From contig CAVUWD010000013.1 in the NCBI GenBank assembly GCA_963745025.1, positions 1-64,000 on the forward strand: a stretch of DNA of 64,000 bases, written 5' to 3'. Below the pieces are notes generated by a model that did not search any database, was not told where the DNA came from, and was given only the letters and a program-made list of their open reading frames with translations. A program made the translations under genes and the position numbers. The stretch's first letter is position 1; each line of letters starts with the position of its first letter. Below are positions 59,628-64,000 of this stretch, piece by piece. The stretch is from an uncultured delta proteobacterium (GTDB lineage: Bacteria; Desulfobacterota; Binatia; JACPRU01).

Positions 59628-61097
59628 ATGACGGTCAAGCGCTGGCTCTGGGGCGAATCCGCGACTATTGTCCTGCTCCTCACAGTCTCCGCCGCCGTTC
59701 TTCTCGGCAGGCTCGGGGCCGCCGAGCTCTGGACCGAGGAGGGGCGATGGGCGGCGATCTGCAGCCACATGATCGCCTCCGGCGACTACTTTCATCCCTA
59801 CCTGTTCGGCGAGCCCTACTACGACAAGCCGCTGCTCTCCTACTGGCTGATGATCGGCGTGGCGCGGCTCCTCGGCGGGTTGAACGAGACCGCGCTGCGC
59901 CTGCCGTCCGCCCTCGCCGGCCTGTTGTCGCTCTGGTGCGTCTATCGCCTCGGCAAGGGCCGGTTCGATCGCCCCACGGGCTTGATGGCAGCCACGCTCC
60001 TGGCGAGCTGCTACATGTTCGTCTTTTGGGCGCGCGTCGCGAGCGCGGACATGTTGAACGTCGCGGGAACGCTCGCAGCCGTGACCTGGTATTTCGAGCG
60101 GAGAGAGCGGCCGGGATTCACGACCGCCGCGGTCTTCTTCGCCCTGCTCGCGATCACCGCGTTGATGAAGGGCCTGGTCGGTCCTGCCGTCGCCATACTC
60201 GTCTTGTTGCCCGACCTGGCTCGCGAGGGTCGGTGGCGAGCCGTGCTCCGCCCCTCGCTCGTGCCCGCGCTCCTCTGCGGCGCCGCGGTCTACCTCGCGC
60301 CGTTCGTGGCCTCGGGCCTCAGCCAACCGCAAGGGTATGCGGAGAGCGGTCTGGCGATGGTCTTTCGGGAGAACGCGGTCCGGTACTTCGACGCGTTCGA
60401 CCATGAAGACCCCTTCTACATCTACTTCACCGTTCTGCCCGTCTATCTGTTGCCCTGGTCTCCGTTCTTGCCGTTCGTCCTCTGGAGCCTCGTGCGGCGG
60501 TGGCGAACTTTGCCCGAGGCTTCACGGTGGCCGGCGTTCGCCTGCCTGTTCATCTTCCTGTTCTTGACGGCGAGCAGCTCGCGCCGCAGCTATTACCTTC
60601 TGCCAATCGTTCCTTTTGCGGTCCTGATGATCGCCGAATGGCTTCAGCATGAGGAAGCGGGCGCACGTTGGGCGACAGTCTCGGCCTGGGGGGTCGTCTA
60701 CGGACTGGCGGGCATGTTCGTGTGGTTTGTCCTCGTCGTGCCGGTCAGCTTTCGCTACGGCGGCGAGAGGCTCCTCGCTCGCGAGGTTCGCGCGCAGGCG
60801 GGGAGAGAGGCTCCGTGGTCGACGTGGCACGTCCTCATCTGCGGCGCGCCGCCGTCGGCCGGGTACTATTTTCGCGCCAGCTACGAAGCCGAGGTGATCC
60901 CCGCCGAAGATTCCGGAAAGGTCGGGCGCCTCGTTGCCGAGAATCCCCATACGATCGTGTTGACCAAGCGCCGCTTCGTGGAAGCGGTGCGCTCACAGGT
61001 CCCGGCGGCGAAGATGTTCGTGCAGCGACCGCGAATCCCGAGCTTCCTCCGGCCCCGGCAAGGCTCGGATCGGGATGTCATTGCCCTCGTCCCTTGA
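59628..61097 (+). CDS. ArnT/GT83-like (GT-C) glycosyltransferase 1
   Basis: EGRW....M..SGD...P, DKPLLSYW, RLPSA, AR....DM, KG, LLPW, YYLLP. Confidence 0.9.
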   Translation: MTVKRWLWGESATIVLLLTVSAAVLLGRLGAAELWTEEGRWAAICSHMIASGDYFHPYLFGEPYYDKPLLSYWLMIGVARLLGGLNETALRLPSALAGLLSLWCVYRLGKGRFDRPTGLMAATLLASCYMFVFWARVASADMLNVAGTLAAVTWYFERRERPGFTTAAVFFALLAITALMKGLVGPAVAILVLLPDLAREGRWRAVLRPSLVPALLCGAAVYLAPFVASGLSQPQGYAESGLAMVFRENAVRYFDAFDHEDPFYIYFTVLPVYLLPWSPFLPFVLWSLVRRWRTLPEASRWPAFACLFIFLFLTASSSRRSYYLLPIVPFAVLMIAEWLQHEEAGARWATVSAWGVVYGLAGMFVWFVLVVPVSFRYGGERLLAREVRAQAGREAPWSTWHVLICGAPPSAGYYFRASYEAEVIPAEDSGKVGRLVAENPHTIVLTKRRFVEAVRSQVPAAKMFVQRPRIPSFLRPRQGSDRDVIALVP

Positions 61098-62783
61098 ACT
61101 CGGCGGCGGCCGGTTCGAGGGCGCGATCCGGAGCAGGTGAATCGCCATGGAGCGCCGCGCGAAAACTCGCGCGTACCCCGACGCGACGGTCTCGGCGTCG
61201 GCGAGCCAATGGGGGGGAACCTCAGAGGCCAGCGAGTCGGGAACGATCAGATAGAACGGCTGCGCGGGCCGATCGACATCGGGGTCGCGGAGCGTCGGAA
61301 TGCGGCGCTCGGCGTAGAGCGCGACCGCCGGAAGCGGCCGGCGGAAGAAGAGCACCTGCTCGTCTGCGCCGACGTGGTCTCGGATCTCCTGCGCAAACCG
61401 CTTGAGGGAGTGACAGTCGGCGAGAAGGCCCCCGACTTGATCTGCCAGCATCACGAACGCAGCCATCAAGGCGAGCGAGAAGGCGAGCCCGGCGCCCCAG
61501 TGCCGCCACCGAGCTGCCGAGGCGAGGCCCCAGACGGAGCACGAGAACAAGCAGAGGCTCGGGATCGAAATCAGCGGTTGGCCGCGGATTCCGCTGGCGA
61601 CGGCTTGAACGTCGCAGGTCGCGCCGCGGACCGCGAAGGCCGCGAGCCAGAGGAGAACGCTCGCCGCGAGCAGGCACCCGGCCCGCCACCGCGAAAGACC
61701 GAAATCGAAGGGTTCGGAGGCAAGCGAGGCGTGCACCCGCTCGAAGATCCAAGCCGCCGCGAGCAGCGCTGCGGCTGGCGCGAGCGGCAACAGGTAATAG
61801 GGCGACTTCCGCGACACGAGCGTGAAGAACGCGAGGCCGGCGACGAGCCAGACGGCGAAGAATCGCAACGGTGACTGCCCAGGCGCCGGCTTCCGCAAGG
61901 CGAGAAGAGCCCCCGGGAGCAGAACGCTCCAGGGAAACATCTTCGAGAAGAGCGGCGCTGCGTAGTAGACGAGATGCGCCGCCAGCGGGGTCTTGCCCGA
62001 GCCGCTGTCGGAGATGCCGCCTCCGCCGAAGAGGTGATGCAGGTTCTCGCCGACGAGCTGTTCGTCGACGAACCGCGCGCCCCAGTGCGCGGCGGCGATC
62101 GCGTACCAGCTTCCGCCAATGACGAAGAGCGCGGCGACGGAAGGATGGACGAGCTCGCGCAGCCGGCGCGCATCGCGCTCGACGAGCGCCGCCGAGACGA
62201 CGATGACCGCGACGAGCCCGAGCCCGGCGCCGCCCTTGGCGAGCACCGCGAGGCCGAGAAGCGACCAGAAGAGCCAGCGGGCGGGGTGCGACATCGGCGG
62301 GGCGCGCGCGGGGCCGACGAGGAGAAGGCAGGCCGTTACCAGGAACGTCAGCACCATGTCGCAGCGTCCGATGCGCGATTCCCCGACCATGATCGGCATC
62401 GTCGCGAGCATGGCACCGGCGAGCGCGGCCGGACCAAGACCGACCGCCGGCGCGGCGCCCGCGACGGTGATCGCGACGGTCGCCGCCCCCGCCACCGCCG
62501 AAGGCACTCGCAGGCTCGCTTCGTCGACGCGGCCGCGCATCTTCGAGACCGCCGCCGCGGCCCAGTAGAAGAGGGGCGGCTTCGGTGGAAGATACTGGCC
62601 GTTGAATTCGGGAAACATCCAGTCCCCGGTCCGTCTCATTTCCCAGACGATCCCCGCGTCGAGGGACTCATCGTCACCGACGAAATCGCCGATCCCGATG
62701 CCGGGAAGGTATAGCGCGAGCGCGAAGAGACCGGTCGCCAGCGCCAGCGAAAGTCGAGCACGAAGGCCGGGGGGATGCGTCAC
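60993..62783 (-). CDS. ArnT/GT83-like glycosyltransferase 2
   Basis: DE......EM..GDW..P, KPPLFYW, RVPSA, LAKG, FPWS, K.PYYLLP. Confidence 0.9.
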   Translation of the reverse strand: MTHPPGLRARLSLALATGLFALALYLPGIGIGDFVGDDESLDAGIVWEMRRTGDWMFPEFNGQYLPPKPPLFYWAAAAVSKMRGRVDEASLRVPSAVAGAATVAITVAGAAPAVGLGPAALAGAMLATMPIMVGESRIGRCDMVLTFLVTACLLLVGPARAPPMSHPARWLFWSLLGLAVLAKGGAGLGLVAVIVVSAALVERDARRLRELVHPSVAALFVIGGSWYAIAAAHWGARFVDEQLVGENLHHLFGGGGISDSGSGKTPLAAHLVYYAAPLFSKMFPWSVLLPGALLALRKPAPGQSPLRFFAVWLVAGLAFFTLVSRKSPYYLLPLAPAAALLAAAWIFERVHASLASEPFDFGLSRWRAGCLLAASVLLWLAAFAVRGATCDVQAVASGIRGQPLISIPSLCLFSCSVWGLASAARWRHWGAGLAFSLALMAAFVMLADQVGGLLADCHSLKRFAQEIRDHVGADEQVLFFRRPLPAVALYAERRIPTLRDPDVDRPAQPFYLIVPDSLASEVPPHWLADAETVASGYARVFARRSMAIHLLRIAPSNRPPPSSRDEGNDIPIRALPGPEEARDSRSLHEHLRRRDL

Positions 62784-62914
62784 AGATCGCTCCCGTTGGT
62801 TGTGAACCGTCTCCGGCCGGAGCAGCGTGCCGAGCCAGCCCCCGCAGCATGTCCTGCGTCGCTCATGGCGGCGCCATTTGTACCCGCTCCCGGAAGCAAG
62901 TACACACCCTCCTC

Positions 62915-64000
62915 GTGCTTCGTTGGCTCGTGGTCTCGCTGGTCGCGCTGCTCGTCTATCTCCCGGGGGGGAGTGAGCGCTTCTCCAACACGGCCGAATG
63001 CCAGGAGGCGCTCGTCGTGTGGGAGATGGTGGACAGCGGGGACTGGGTGCTGCCGCGAATCAACGGCGAGCAGATTCCCTCGAAGCCACCGCTCTATCAC
63101 TGGATCGCCATCGGCTTTGCCAAGCTGACCGGCGGCGTCAGCGAGCTCTCGGCCCGTCTACCGTCAATGGTCACGGCTGCGGCTACCGTAGGCTTGGTAT
63201 TCGTGGCCGGCTCGGCGGAGTGGGGGGCCGTCGCAGGGACGGTCGGTGCGGTGGTGCTCGCCACGTCTCCGGAATGGGTCAAATGGGCGACCACGGCTCG
63301 GACGGACGCAACGTTCGTGTTCTTCCTGACCTGCGCTTTCCTGCTCGGCGAGCGCTGGCTCCGCAGCGGCCGATCGAGCGCGCTCGTCGGGCTCGCCGCC
63401 GCCACCGGGGCGGCGACCCTCGCCAAGGGCTTTGCCGGGGCCGCGCTCGTCGGCGTCGTCCTCGTCGTCGAGATCTGGCGCCGGGGCGAATGGCGGCTCC
63501 TCCGCCTTCGTGACCTCGCGGCCGCCAGCGTGATCTTCTCCGCGATCGCCTGCAGCTGGTATGCGGCGGCGCTCGCGCACGCGGGGGGCGCCTTCTTTCA
63601 GAAGCAGATCATCCTCGAAAACGTGCTCCGCTTCTTCCCCTACGAGAAGGGCGGCCCGAGCCGTCGGCACTCGCGGCTCTTCTACGTGCCGATGCTCTTC
63701 ACGGGCATGCTGCCGTGGAGCCTCGCGCTACCGGCGGCGCTCTGGCGCGGTGTGGGCGAGCGCGCCCCGACGGCTCGAAGCTCGGGCTTTTCCGGCTATC
63801 TCGTCGGCTGGCTGACGATCGTCTTTCTCGTCTGCACCGCAGCATCGGGCAAGCGCACCAACTACTTGTTGCCGCTCTATCCCGCGGCGGCGCTGCTCAT
63901 CGGCCGCGAGCTGTCGGTCTTGTTGGACCGAAGCCCCTCGCGGGCACCGTCGAGAGCGCTCTCGATTGCCGGCGTGCTGGCGGCGTTGGTCGCTCTGCTG
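62915..64000 (+). CDS. ArnT/GT83-like glycosyltransferase 3 (runs off the window)
   Basis: Open frame from GTG 62915 (or ATG 62849): ECQEALVVWEMVDSGDWVLPRINGEQIPSKPPLYHW, ARLPS, LAKG, LPWS, KRTNYLLP. It is absent from the ORF track because there is no stop in the window. Confidence 0.88.
   Translation, partial: MLRWLVVSLVALLVYLPGGSERFSNTAECQEALVVWEMVDSGDWVLPRINGEQIPSKPPLYHWIAIGFAKLTGGVSELSARLPSMVTAAATVGLVFVAGSAEWGAVAGTVGAVVLATSPEWVKWATTARTDATFVFFLTCAFLLGERWLRSGRSSALVGLAAATGAATLAKGFAGAALVGVVLVVEIWRRGEWRLLRLRDLAAASVIFSAIACSWYAAALAHAGGAFFQKQIILENVLRFFPYEKGGPSRRHSRLFYVPMLFTGMLPWSLALPAALWRGVGERAPTARSSGFSGYLVGWLTIVFLVCTAASGKRTNYLLPLYPAAALLIGRELSVLLDRSPSRAPSRALSIAGVLAALVALL

Noticed and set aside
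1-64000. Mobile elements, prophage, known defence systems, structural RNA genes
   Set aside because: I recognised no integrase, transposase, phage, restriction-modification, tRNA or rRNA signatures by eye. Covariance-model searches were not run.

Overview
High-GC bacterial DNA, roughly two-thirds G+C by eye. The gene families suggest a diderm deltaproteobacterium-like lineage such as Binatia, which is an inference. I see no rRNA, tRNA, CRISPR array, integrase or transposase. The window has three blocks. (1) 1-8 kb: general metabolism, with a PhyH dioxygenase, a CxxC redoxin-membrane protein, a Zn-dependent deacetylase overlapping a GNAT-like partner, two SDRs and a GST. (2) About 8.4-49.3 kb: a large envelope, stress and energy region. 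It carries DUF2092, Gly/Ser-repeat secreted proteins, YSC84, an HdeA-like chaperone, a frameshifted arylsulfatase, a cyclase-TPR protein, an AI-2E transporter, pgm, a histidine phosphatase, phosphoketolase and a class I aldolase. It also carries three DUF1134/EipA-like domains (one apparently fused to an AlgE-like porin), beta-carbonic anhydrase, PPK2, a tripartite RND pump, frameshifted pqiABC, DUF4239 proteins and several gene relics. (3) 51-64 kb: a surface-glycan and lipid A modification cluster with GT4, a sulfotransferase-like/coiled-coil/double-GT2 fusion, a PA14 membrane protein, an LtaS-like protein, PagL and three ArnT-like transferases. The most striking observation is a small protein between ppk2 and the carbonic anhydrase. 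Its N-terminus matches the inhibitory helix of mitochondrial F1-ATPase inhibitor IF1 without gaps and is fused to a TerB-like domain. All family calls come from motif recognition and no database search was run. Many single-base frameshifts may be sequencing errors.
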